A stretch of 61,593 bases of DNA, counting the filler, from Platydemus manokwari (taxonomy: Eukaryota), in NCBI GenBank assembly GCA_037951405.1. It is 5 parts of 5 records of this genome, joined end to end, with 100 filler letters (N's around TTAATTAATTAA, not from the genome) between each part and the next. Parts side by side here need not be neighbours in the genome. Positions count along the whole stretch, not along the records: positions 11,290 to 25,108 come from JBBMOY011609185.1; positions 25,209 to 41,114 come from JBBMOY011228098.1; 3 more parts are not named here. One strand, 5' to 3'. Positions 13,720 through 30,345 of the stretch are shown one piece after another. Below the pieces are notes generated by a model. The model ran no database searches and was not told the DNA's origin. It saw only the letters and a program-made list of their open reading frames with translations. Every line of letters begins with the position of its first letter. The stretch's first letter is position 1. The position numbers were made by a program, and so were the translations under genes.

Positions 13720-14320
13720 GTGAGAAAGCCGGATCAACATCAATAATATCTCAACAGCCATCAATGCCCTCAGTGGTGTCATCTCAATCCCTGTTTTTAG
13801 CCCACCTGAAGATAAGACCCAAATACCAACAATCCCAGTCTTCTCAATCTTCATATCAAAGCCTGCAAAGACCCAATTTTGCAATTTCAACAAAACAGTC
13901 CACCACAATGCACTCAGACACAAAATTCAATTCCTCAACCACACTTTTTGACTTAGAATTTTCCAACGAAATGATATGACGTCCCAGCAGTATGAACTCA
14001 ATATAAGATCCCAGCAACTGTGTTCAAAATTTCATCGACTTGCCAATTTATCCAACAGAATTACGCTAACTTCAAACCGTCTTCTTGATTCCTACACATC
14101 AGTCTCCTCACCAACTCATCTCATGCAAAAAATTCAAAAAAAATAACAGGGAAGTCCCCGTATTCGGTGCTGCCGTCAACCATAGATTGTAGAAGCATTC
14201 CTCAACCACTTTTCGGAATAACAGCAAAAAGCAATTTAGTTAATCAACTAAAGCAGAGGTGAGAAATTTACCACCACCTCAAGAAAAACTTGTTTATGTT
14301 TAATAAATATTAGTTATTTT
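13720..14320 (+). mobile_element. Shorter (5'-lacking) copy of an unclassified repeat, homologous to 46243-47480 (-)
   Basis: About 400 nt aligns by eye with the reverse complement of 46255-46660 (e.g. GACTTAGAATTT, TTATCCAACAGAATTAC, TCTTCTTGATTCC, CAGAGGTGAG). Both copies end at AATAAATATTAGTT. Confidence 0.75.
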
Positions 14321-15448
14321 ACATTGCGCTTCAACCGGTAATGTCGGACTCATAACATATATTTATACGAGAAATAATAACCCCAACATTAGCATAAATA
14401 CATTTTTCGACAATAGTAATCAATTTGTTTTATAATAACGACAGTGATAACTATTAATAATAGCAGAGGATTTATATAAATAAAAAATAGTATTAATCAC
14501 ATAATTAAAATAAATGTAGAAATGTGTCATGTATTGGTTAACACATTGGAAATTAAGGTAAATCATCAGCCGTTAACAAAAATTTGACATTAAGGAATAA
14601 AAAATTGAACTTTTTCTAAAGTTTGATTTTATTATGCCTATAAACTATAACACTTGTAAAGCAACCGAATACCTTTGAGTTCGAATATATTAATATATTA
14701 TATTATTTTTTTAAGTAATATAAAATAATTGTTTACAATATAAAAGTTTAATAATATAATTATTCTTAAAATAAAGTACTTATTTAGTAATATTAAGTGT
14801 GAATTTTATAAATTTAAATAAAAATTATGACTTTTATTATTCTATCATGATTACATAACATAAAAAACAAGGGTGTCATTTAGTTTTATTACTAATATGT
14901 AATACAAAACATAAACAAATTTAAAGTTTTGCATAAAAACAATGAAATATAATATCGAAAATTCGATAAATCATTCAAATGAAATATTTGAGTGTATAAA
15001 AATTATTAAATATAAAGTATATCTCATGTAAACATTGAAGTATTTTTAAACAATTTTTAAAATATTTTTTATTCAATTTTTAAAGTAACAACTAACAACA
15101 TTTTTTATCTTTATTCTTATCTCCCGTTTTTATTTGCCGCTTGAAGTATCCCTTCTTTTCAAACATTGTAATTTACCAGTAAAAATATGATATCTTAAAA
15201 TAATTAAATATATTTATTTATCAACATTTTTGGTTTTATTACTATTACTATTTATTTGAAAATTTTATTTATTATAATTTTATAATAATTTATTATAATG
15301 TTATTTATAATTTATATTTATATTTCATAATTAATAAAACTGAAATAAGTCATAATTGAATGAATCAATAGAACAGCAAAAACAAGGAGTATATTTACCA
15401 AATTATCTGAATAATAAAAAACTAAAATAGTGTTCAAAAAATTTGATT

Positions 15449-19106
<3,658 letters not shown>

Positions 19107-20574
19107 CACTCAATTTTCAATATGTCCGTTGATATGTTATTCTATTTAAATTCATTTTTTAAATATTTATACTATAAAACAAAATCACGTGACGATAAAA
19201 TTCTTCATTAATATTATAATTTTATGCAATTTTTAATAAACTTATTTGTTTAAACTTTAAAATTGAGTAAATACAGTTATACATACAGTACATACAGTTA
19301 TTTATTCCGTTACATATAAAATAGTAATATTAGCTAAGTTTGATAAAAACAAGAATTAATTTAAAATTAGAAAGTTTATGAAAAATTGCTATTAAGCCAT
19401 TCTTAATAGGTACCTATTTATAAATGTTTTACGACTTTTCCAATCATTGAAATTATTATGTTTTCAAAATCTAATATGACTTCATAATTTAACATTTTGT
19501 GGGAAATGGCTGTAGGCGAACACAAAGTTTAATTCCCAACACCCTCCAATCCCACATGAATCAATACGAATTCTAAAATATCAACACAAATATTGAATTC
19601 AGTACAACTAACTTAACAATCATGCTACATGCTTTTAAATGTATTCACATTTTTACATTAGTATCACTATTAATAAAGTATGAAATACCTAACCTCATTG
19701 AATTTCTAGTTATTGCTTTAACAAAATACCAATAAAAAGGAAAAGATCGATAATTAAAATAAATTCTGAATTAAACAAAAGAAGGCCGAATTGAAATATG
19801 AGCAATAAATGAATAATAAAATTATATTAAATTAGGAATGCAAAATAATAAGTACAATAAAATAAGCAGTATACAAACAAATTATCAAAACATATAATTA
19901 GAGTATACCATAATTGAATGCTAATCAGCCTATTATCAATCTGCAATCTTTCCTCAACTATTCATACTAAACTGCAATCATCATAGTTTATCGGTTCACA
20001 GTTTTTAATACCTAAAATTTTGTTCGAAACTTATTAATTATACATAATATGAATATATGTCTCTGTGTGTAAGTAACTTCATTATTTTAAATTTATTACA
20101 AACTATATATTATTTAACGTTTTAACACTATTTCCATCGTATCAGTATCACATGAATTCTTAATTTGACCCACCGGTATTAACCTAATATTTTTATGTTT
20201 CTCTGCCTCAATCGTCACATTACTAGTGTAGAACGACTATTACTAGAAGGAGAAAGACGTAGACAATATTTTAATATAATTATAAGTCTTATTCTATCTC
20301 TTTGTCTCACTAGTAATTTTACTGCAAATTAAATAATCGATTTATGATATTTTATCGGACTCCTTATGATTAGGAAAAATAAATCAAAAATGTTCTTTTG
20401 CCTAAAAAGATGGTAAATGATTATAACTAATTTATTGAAAATATCCCACAATTGATAAAGACTATGAGCAATTTTGATAATTCTTGGAATCGACGAATTA
20501 AGTAAATTATTACATTATAAAAATTAACTAGGTCAAACTAATTCTTAATATAAAAATGTATTGAATGAATACAA

Positions 20575-21639
20575 TGTTACGTTCGGGCCTTCTAGATTTA
20601 TTTGTTTTACTAAGCTTAATCCTATTTAATACCATTACTGTCTTAATCAGTCTCTAAGAGTTCTTGATCAAGACCACAAGTGTAATATACCTTATATTGT
20701 TGTTCCTTCACCTCGCAAAGCCTTATTGTGTGATGACAATAGGTGTGGCAGTAGCGATATATTTTACTTATCCTAATTATCACTCACAAAACTACAAATT
20801 CTATTTTAAACTGTTAAGTATGTTAATTACAACAATTACAAATAATGACTTATGATTCTTATATGAATGAAAACTAAAAATTATTGTTACAAATATTTAA
20901 TAATGACGACACCAATACACGAAAACCTTTTTAAACAATATTAAAATAAAATTACAAATGCGTTTAGAACTAAAATATACATCAAATTACACTAATAAAA
21001 AACCCTAGAACTTCCAGAATAAAGACGGTTAATAAACTGCAAGCTCTTGCAGCAAAACCGGTTACTATCAAGATCTTTGAGCAACAAGCTCTAGAATATG
21101 AGATACAAGATACGGTATATAATATAGATCATTATTTTAAAGGTACGGTCTTACTTTGGGTCTTCCAGCAAATCCCGGCATATACAGGAACAATTAGTTT
21201 TCTGCACCAGATGATCTTCTTCAGTGCGTCGAATTTAAACGATGGTTCTTCTCCAAAATCAGACAGCGATAGTAACGGCAATAACAGAATTTGTGGCGAA
21301 AAATTAACAGCGAAAAATTGTCTCTAGATTGTGTCTAATAGTGTTCGTGTTGATTGAAATCAATGCCTTATATAGGCAGTGAATCACTCGCAGATATTGT
21401 TTGCCATTAAATTTAAAGCCAATGAATTTATTCACTGGTGAGAGAAATTCTCTCTGAATAAATTTATTAGGCAGAGAAAATATCTATCGATTAAATTTTC
21501 ATGCGCAGAAAACAGATAATTAATTTGTCGCTGTTAGTGCGCGATATCTCATTGCGTATTGATATTTTATAAATTAATTTAATATTTCAGGGATTTTCTA
21601 TGGACTTGATATTAGTAATTTTATTGGTATTATTTTACA
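20575..21639 (-). mobile_element. Probable solo LTR (~1.06 kb)
   Basis: TG...CA termini, a TATA-like CCTATATAAGG on the minus strand near 21370, and a second copy of one end at 7255. No TSD was found, so the right boundary is uncertain. Confidence 0.5.
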
Positions 21640-21667
21640 CACACACACACACATATATATATATAAT
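21637..21667. repeat. (CA)n(TA)n microsatellite
   Basis: Direct observation. Confidence 0.9.
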
Positions 21668-23383
21668 AATTAATATAAATATCAATATTTTAAACGGTTT
21701 TGTGCTCAAAAATTTAAGAGTTGTAGAAAACGTAAAAATACATGCTGATTAAATAAAAATTGGTACAATAAAATTAATACACATTTCATACGTATTGTCA
21801 CGCAAATATCTTTTTCCAATGTAAATTAATTGTTATGGATTAAATGTTGGGCCAGAACCCCTACAACAATATGACATTAAAATATAATGCACCAAATAAA
21901 TAAAATACCATGACTATAAATTATAGCTTAGTGAAAACTGTATTTTATGTAGACGAGTCTAGATTGGCATTAAGGTCTGTGATAACCTTGCTCCTTGTAA
22001 ATATTGGAGCGGTACCATTTTCATGATGATTTGGATATATAAAAATGTTATTGATTTTAAAAATATGATTTTAAATCCGTATTTTTACCTAGCACGATTT
22101 CGATGGGTTCAGCTACTTTTTGAATTTAAATGGAGCTTTATAAAGCAATTGTACTTCTGATAACTTGCAAATTCTTCTTATTCCGAGTTGATTTAGTAGT
22201 TATTGAATTTATTGGCCATCATAATTGTATGCCTTCTTTATTTATATTATTATGACAGTGAGTGTGTGACTAGGCTGAATCCTTTGAGATATTATGTTAA
22301 TTGATAGGTCTATATTATGACAATTAATAAATTTAGCCTATATTTTGATTTCTTGGGCTCCCTTGTAGAAATAAATTGTGGATTAGATTTTAGATAGATT
22401 ATTTCAGATTTTTATTTTAGTTACAGAATTTCTCTGGAATTATTAACCTCAAGTGTCTTGTAGTTTAAAAAACTAGAAATTGACTTAATTTTCCACAAAA
22501 TAACTGTTTATTTAATTATTAACAATTCCATAAATAAAATAAAACGTTTTTCCAAATTAACATAATAAAAACAATATCCACATAATGTCTATTAGTATAT
22601 ATTTAAAATAAAAAAAAGATTTATCAAATATCCCTAGATTAACTAAAATTGCATTGTTATTGACAATTGTTAGTCAATTATAAAATAAATGTTAATTATT
22701 GTGAGAGACGATCAAATTTTTAATTGATGTGTGCTCCGACATCTCGACATGCATACTATACATAAATTGTGTTTCATCTGGGAGGGATTTAGCATCTTAT
22801 ACGAATCTACTGGAATACGATTATATCGAAAATAAATGGTTATTTTTCTTGTATTTTTTGGTACAGTTCATACTTATAATAAATATAGTTTTAACTTTAT
22901 ATATACGACATGTCATACAATTATCAATAACATGTAAAAAAATGGTAAAATCAAGTGAGCAGAGCCAATAAAGAAGACCAAGAAGGACGATTATATTCAG
23001 ACAGAAGATATTGAAAATATAATTTTTATTGTCAATACTTACTCTTAGGATTATAAAGTCCTTTGCTTTAAAAATTGAATGAGAAAGAACTTTACAAAAA
23101 TAACAACTATGACATTAATTGTTTTTACCAATCAAATACGCATATGGCATTAATAACACAACTTTCTCCAGTCAGGATAAATGATTTCATGCACAAATAG
23201 ACAAACCAATCAAAATTTTTGGAAACACAAATGATAATAATGCACAACCGAAATTAAACAAGCCTCTAGCTATGTAATCCAGTGGACAGTTATTATGTAA
23301 TCGCTTCTTCGACCCACTATCAACCTAAGCCAAAATCAATTCATTAATGAACTAGCTTATGTAATTTTAATCTAAAACACCCA

Positions 23384-23632
23384 TTATTTCAAATTATTAT
23401 CATTGTGCTTGAAGGTGAAATAATAATGCTCAAATAAGCCTAGAATTCGGACCCAGATATCGCAATGAAAGAACATGATAAACTTATCATATCCCTTCTT
23501 CAAAAACAATTCATTCACACTCAAAACTCGATAAAGAACAGCCAAACCAACACACCAAAGTACAACAAAAAACAAAATCTTAATCGAATCAACAACGAGT
23601 TGGGGAGGGGGAGAGTAGAGAAATGATATCAT
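23384..23632 (-). CDS. Hypothetical hydrophobic ORF overlapping the MRPS18B stop codon (possible first exon of a membrane-protein gene)
   Basis: ATGA overlap; TM-like segment ILFFVVLWCVGLAVLY; further hydrophobic exon-like segments downstream. No recognisable family. Confidence 0.3.
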   Translation of the reverse strand: MISFLYSPPPQLVVDSIKILFFVVLWCVGLAVLYRVLSVNELFLKKGYDKFIMFFHCDIWVRILGLFEHYYFTFKHNDNNLK

Positions 23633-24708
23633 GATTTGGATTTCAATTTTGCACTTTTCAATTCGGCCATCTTTTTCGCTCGGGCCTCCAAATAGTCTTT
23701 GTGCTCCACGGAATATCGACTCGGAACGAATGGTCGAACGATTTGTGTTTCGTTCTTGGTGGCTTGGAAAATTCTCGCAGCATTTGGCAATACTTCCAAA
23801 ATGGAATTATTGGGAACTGAAATCATATCGAAATCGGGAGGTAAATGGGAATAATATTCATTATAATCATAAAGCTTAATCGGAATGGCTTTTTCTAACA
23901 ATCCCAATTGATGAGCGATATCAATGTTGAATAAAAGATTTGAATGTTGTTTCTGACATAAATCTATCAATTCAAATCAAAGACAATTAACAAATGAGCA
24001 TGAATATTCATACTCGTTACCGATGTTGTCAAAGCTTCTCCTGAAAGAGGGTCAATAAATTGCTTGAGTAAATCTAAATGCTAAAATAATGTTAAATACT
24101 GTTGCGTAATTTCAATCAAAGATTAAGTAATTTACATTTATTAACAATATTTGGAAAGTAAAATTTACTTTAAAACTCAAAATTAAATGATTATCCCGAC
24201 AAATCGGACAAGCGTTTGAGCTTTTCACATAACCTGCCAACTTCACAAAATACCATCAAATTTATTAGGCTAATTTTAACTGATTTAACTCACAACACAG
24301 TTTTGTCTGGTACGTTTCGGAGCAAACTGACCACAAAAGTTTCTACGATAATAAAACCAAACTGGTTTATCCAAATATACACTTTGATATTCTGAAAATT
24401 CAATATCAGTATTAATATAATCTTAATCCTATCTACCGGATGATTTTAAGTATTCAATACTAGTTGCAATGTCAACTGGTAAATAAGGCATTCTCGCAAA
24501 AGGAGTTCGAACTTTTTCGTGAGCATCTGAGTTTTTCACATTATCGTTCTGGACTTCACTTTTACCATCAAATAAAGAAGTCGATGAGCTAATATTTCTT
24601 AAAGAATAACTCATCTAATGACATTAAATTATTTTATCTTTGAAATAGAAAAATTACTTTATAATAAGAACAAAATTTCGTAATTGATAATTTATTGATA
24701 AGATTCAT
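23629..24708 (-). CDS. MRPS18B: Mitochondrial ribosomal protein S18b (mS40); exons 24708-24658, 24614-24437, 24391-24294, 24240-24169, 24080-24014, 23963-23629
   Basis: SIEYLKSSEYQSVYLDKPVWFYYRRNFCGQFAPKRTRQNCV..NACPICRDNHL..LLKQFIDPLSG..LCQKQHSNLL..GLL..YDYNEYY matches MRPS18B motifs. Short in-phase GT-AG introns; ATG to stop is complete. Confidence 0.93.
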
Positions 24709-25108
24709 CTCGAATTTAAATATAGTTACTCACATATTATAAAAACACGAACAGTTTATTATTGAATAAAATTTATTAAGAAATTAATATAATATTTTTA
24801 CATAATGTAATCTTGAAAATTTCATTTTAAATAATATACGAAAAATCACCAGAATGTTAATTTTTGTCAAATATTTGAAAACAATGCTGGTTTTTCATAT
24901 TTTACAACATATAACTTGATTTATTTTGATTTTTCGATTTTCTACAACAAATTATTATAAATATAGAATATTATTAGTAAAAGCACGAGAAGAAAGATGT
25001 GCAACTTATTATTAATTAATAGCGTAATATTTATGACATTGGCCCATCTTTTAGGCAACGATTGAATTCCACGAAAAAAAAATTCTTGATCTTTTGAAGA
25101 AATCCATC

Positions 25109-25208
25109 NNNNNNNNNNNNNNNNNNNNNNNNNNNNNNNNNNNNNNNNNNNNTTAATTAATTAANNNNNNNNNNNNNNNNNNNNNNNNNNNNNNNNNNNN
25201 NNNNNNNN
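25109..25208. other. Assembly spacer 44N-TTAATTAATTAA-44N
   Basis: Directly visible. Confidence 0.98.
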
Positions 25209-25956
25209 TATATTTATATTTGATGTAGTCTACATCGTTAGATGACCAAATCTGATAAAAGGAACTTCAAATATTAATAAGAATTATTATTTTAAAAAGC
25301 AGGTTGTTAAGTCGCGATTATGATTATTTATAAAATAATTTCATCGATTAAAACTTATGTGTCATTTTAATTTTTAAATATTCTATCTGATAGTTTTTAT
25401 TGAATTTCTATGTTTTTAAAAAAAAGATACGGTATTTTGTCGAAATGAAAAGTATTTCAACTTCTTCGATACACATAATTTACTATTAATGAAAGATTAT
25501 AACGTAAAACATCTTTATGAAACAAAAAATAAGAAATATGCAAGGGATGACAGTTTTGAATTAAATTAAAATAAACTAAAATTTTACTGATTTAATCATT
25601 TCAAACAAACTAAAAATAAATTATTATTTAGTCGACCTTTTATTGAAGATGTTTATATATAAATGTGTGCAATAATTTTCACTGATTAAAATTAATAAAT
25701 CCAAATCCAGCTTTTAAATGAAGAAATCAGATTAAAGGCTGTACTTAATATTTTATTACAAAAGGAAAATATGGATATTGGCAGGTTGGTGAAAAAGGAA
25801 AGATGTGAGTTTTCAAAATCGGAATCAAATTTCCTAAGTAACTGTAAAATAAAATCTTTATATTTATCTGCAAAATTCATAAATTTTATAGCCGTTATAT
25901 GTGAAATAATTAAAAATAATTTAAAATAATTATAAATAATTTTAAAAATTATTTAA

Positions 25957-26027
25957 CACATTGACGCACACTTGCGTCTATGACCGTTAATTTCGAACTT
26001 CATTTGTTCCTACTGTCCGTCAATGTG
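25957..26027. mobile_element. Very small piggyBac-type MITE (71 bp)
   Basis: TTAA|CACATTGACGCACA ... TGTCCGTCAATGTG|TTAA (13/14 TIR match). Confidence 0.75.
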
Positions 26028-26305
26028 TTAATATGGATTAAATACTGTCCACGTATGATTTAGATTTGTTTTTCTATCATATGCTGAATTTCTATATTCT
26101 GCTCTACTTTTGTCATATATTTTATGACATAAATATAATCGAGTTTTTAATTTTTTAATTTTTTAATTTTAAAATTATTTTATTTTAAACTAAATTTATT
26201 TTCATTGGACGCTTCGTATAAATAAATGGATATCATATAAATTCTCAGTAATTGGATAAATTAATAATTATGATTATATTTAGTTTTAACATTTTTTTAT
26301 TAAAG

Positions 26306-29300
26306 GAAATATCGAAAAAGAGAAGAGAGAAAAATATGATATTGAACGTCATCTGAGACACTTACAGAATGATATGATCAAGCTCAATCGATTGATATTT
26401 CATGAAAAAGATTATCAAGAAAATCTGGAAAAAGAAAATATGCTTACAGAAACAGATTTTATTCGGTCACTCAAATCAGAGGAATTGGAAAGCATAGAAA
26501 TGAAAGGCAAGCTTGAGGATATTAGAAATGATAAAGAACGCTTACTTAACGATCTGGTGGAAGCCGAGTATATTTTTCTGAATTTTAAAGGCATTTTATG
26601 AATTAAAATATCTTACTAACATTTTAGGCGACAAATTATGCTTTGGGAAAAGAAAATTCAATTGACTCAAGAAACAAGGGAAGCTGTCGATTCAGAGATT
26701 GGTGAAGGCGAAATGAAGATAATGAAATGTGAAATTCATAGAATGGAAGTTCGTTATCAACAGTTGTTAAGACAACAGGAATTACTGGTCCAAGATATGG
26801 AAAAGTCAGTTTCTAGGTAAGGCTAAAGTAATTTTTGAATGACTTCTTATTCATAGGTATTATAATTTGAAAAGGTTGTCATTTCAAAACAATCAGAAAT
26901 TTTAATCATACCTTGAAAACTCATTTATTTTACAAATTACATCAATACCTTTGGTCGAAAATAAAACTATGTATATACAGGATTTAAGAGAATTAGCGAA
27001 AAAGAACAACGAATGAAAAACTGCATTACATTTTAGTTTTATTTTACTTATTTATTAAAGACATTAATTGCATTTGATGAAAATAAATAATATTTATTGA
27101 AATGATAAATCTTCGTTACGAGAAAGGTTTAAGAAATTATCAGTTTTCGATATCAATATATTGCATTCATGATATTTGCTCTTGCTCTTTAACTCACAAA
27201 CTTATTCATATTGTTCATATTAGTATCGTATTAGAGTATCTGTTGAAGTGATTTAAAGTAACGTTCATCTCGCCATATTCATTGATTTGTTGTTGTTATA
27301 TAAATTAATGAAAATGAAAACACTTTCACAATCGGTATATTATGAATCATTTCCAATGTCCTATTTGATTTCTATTATCCATTTCTGTTCATTATGTTTC
27401 TTCCGTATTCCGAATACGTCAAGAATGATCAATTCTGTCATTAATTTCGAAATAATATGTTGGAATTCTTCAATGGGTCTTGTCGATACTCTTTACAAAG
27501 GCAGTTCTGTGTGATAATTCTGTCATTCGAGAATGTCCCGTAATGTTGCTTGAGATCCAATACCTTCTCTCCTCTTATTTTCAGATAAAAAGCAATTTTC
27601 CAAGAACTTGAAATAGAATTGATTATTATTAATATAAGAGTAAACATCAATAAAATTAAGACCAAGCGATGTAATTTTGGTATGCTTAATTAAACGAGTT
27701 TGTAGAGTAAACATTAATTAATTTTTTAATTATAATTTATTGATTTGTACTTTAAAGGTAGAAGATCGATTAAGGGAAAAAAAATTTCACATTTTCGTCA
27801 ACTGGATATTTTTTTTAACAAATTGTGGCATTATTTATTAAAAATTTCTATTTTACCGACATTCATATTTCATTTTCTAATTCAATAAAAATATTGATAA
27901 TTTCGATAAAGTTCTTTTTTACCGTAAAAAAGAACAATCGGTTTTGTTTGGCAAATTGTTTTCTAAATCATGATAAAATTTATAATCATAATTACTTTGA
28001 GTGAACTATGTTATCATTGTTGTCTCCATGATTCATTTTTTAGAGTGACAATGAGATAATAAATTTGTTTCCCATAGGAACAGTGCAATAAATTGTCTAT
28101 TAATTCAACAATCTCCGGTTTGTGGAAATTATTGTTTTGTTAGATTTCAAGCTTTAAGTTCTGAATGTATTGTTTTGTGAAAATTATGGTTTATATGTTT
28201 ATTCGGATAGCAAATATGTCACTTAAACAAGTTAAATATATCGTTAGAATGAAATAGCAACTCGAAACATTTAGAAATATTAGATTGCAGATTCGGGTCT
28301 AATTTCATTCAACAAACCACACATAGATTGTTATCTTTCCCAATAAAACCTGATTTTCAAATTGAATTTTATCCTATAATCTGCATGCATTATTCAAATA
28401 ACACTTTCGCTAACTTTTCAGATAAATTTTACTATTCTAGGCTGCTAGTTAAACGAGAGTATTTTAATATAGCTGTTGATGTTTTAATATTTTCCATTAG
28501 TAGATTAGAGCTTCTATTAACATTTCTAACACCATTATATCGGATTATTAGACATTAATAGAGAAATATTTATGATTGTTTTTTATTATCAAATTTCCGT
28601 CAGAACAATAAAACACAATGAATCTACGTCTAAAAGAAAATTATAATAATTTAATATTTAAATATAATAATGTAGCGATGAAGAACAAAGAAATTCATTT
28701 CTATAAACAACATTCTCAGAATTAACTCTTTTCTTTTCACTTTTGAAATTGGTATTGTGAGGATTCTAAAATTTAAATTTAAAAGACTTTATAAATTAGT
28801 ATGAAAATATTAATTTGTTTAAATCGTTGTGATTAAATATGCAATTTGGTGATGCGACTTTTCCAGTATTTGTTTAATGCGTGCTCTATAAAATAGTAGC
28901 AGCTTACAAGTATAAAATAAACTTTCATGAAATTTATTATTTGAAATCTCTCCCTTGAAATAATTATTATTTCTTTTAAAAAAATATTAAAATGATCTTA
29001 ATTTGTAGAAGTTTTTTAGTAGTCTCAACATATTTATCCAATACATTTATTAAGAATAGATATTATTAAGAACTCCTAAATATATTACTGTAGACGTGAT
29101 GTGATAGCTACTAGAGGTGAGGCATTACTCAAAGTTAAAAATAAAGTCACCACTAAAGGAGGAATCGAGCGTGAAATATTGGAAATAAAAAGAAGAATTA
29201 AACAAACATTGAAGGTGAGTCAGGTATTTACAATCAAATGTGTTTGAATACCTATTTCCAGGATTCACAAGATCACGAAGAGAATATGAAAATCATTAAA

Positions 29301-30345
29301 TTAGAAAAAGACAATATTTGCGAGGAAATTGAAAAACGTAAACTCACCAATGATGAGCTACAACATCAGCTGGATAACTTAACTCTAAAATTGGAAGAAT
29401 TTAGCAATAATCAAATATCGGTAATTTAAAATTGTTATTGCGATAGCATCATGAAAATAAAATTTCAGCAAATTATTTTCCTCCAACAAAAACAACAAAT
29501 TGGAAAATATTATCAACAGTTCAAAGACAAAAAATATATAAGACTTTGTAAATCGGATGGACTTATAGTGAAAGAAAATGAGTCTCTAGACGAAAAGTTG
29601 GCTGCTATCAACACCGTGATTGATAGGCTATGCCGCGAATATCCTCAAGTAAGCAAACGGTTTTGTTAGTTTTAAAGTTCTGATCTAAAAAATTTTAATT
29701 AATTTATTAAATAAATAGTAACAATAACAATGGCCTTGAATTTAATAGATAATAGAGCTCACATTTTTTGATAAATCATCCTTTAACACGAGGTCTACTA
29801 ATTTACGATAAGTGCTTTAAATTTCGTCTAGCAGTGGGTACAAAGTCGTATTTTATAGCGGGCTTTGTAAAGCAAATTAGGAGATTTCAGACCTCATATT
29901 ATTTGAGTTTCATATAAAATATTCATTAACTATGATTTCCCGACAAGAAACATGACTGATAATCAGAATTTTAGAAGAAAATTTGACGTGCGAGAAATAA
30001 ATAATGATATATTATCTGATTTGTAGCAGTGTTCGTAATGACTATTTAATAAAAGTCTATATAATAGAAAAATATGAAATCAATCAGGTAACAGATGAAT
30101 TATCGCTATTTTGATGAATACTTGAATTTGATATTTTTGAAATTAATTAATTTAAATAAATACCTTTTTAATAAGCCTTTAACCATCACCACGATTGTTA
30201 CTTTTAATGCCAGCTCTGCATGATTGGATTTGTAGATTTATCATAATTCTGTATTTCGGAACCAATTAAATTCGATTTTTAGGTTATCAGAGATTTGGAG
30301 CCTATTAGAGTTATGGTTCAGAAAAAATTCAATCCAGTCTATTAG
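26306..30345 (+). CDS. CCDC40: Coiled-coil domain-containing protein 40 (axonemal 96-nm ruler), 3' exons 26306-26567, 26628-26816, 29094-29214, 29262-29420, 29469-29648, 30283-30345
   Basis: [84 protein letters not shown] is characteristic of CCDC40. In-phase introns, TAG stop at 30343-30345. The 5' exons are absent from this contig. Confidence 0.93.

Noticed and set aside
23040-23630. Mitochondrial insertion (NUMT), suggested by the T/G-rich minus strand
   Set aside because: The frames I tried still contain TAA/TAG under the flatworm mitochondrial code, and there is no recognisable mitochondrial protein motif.
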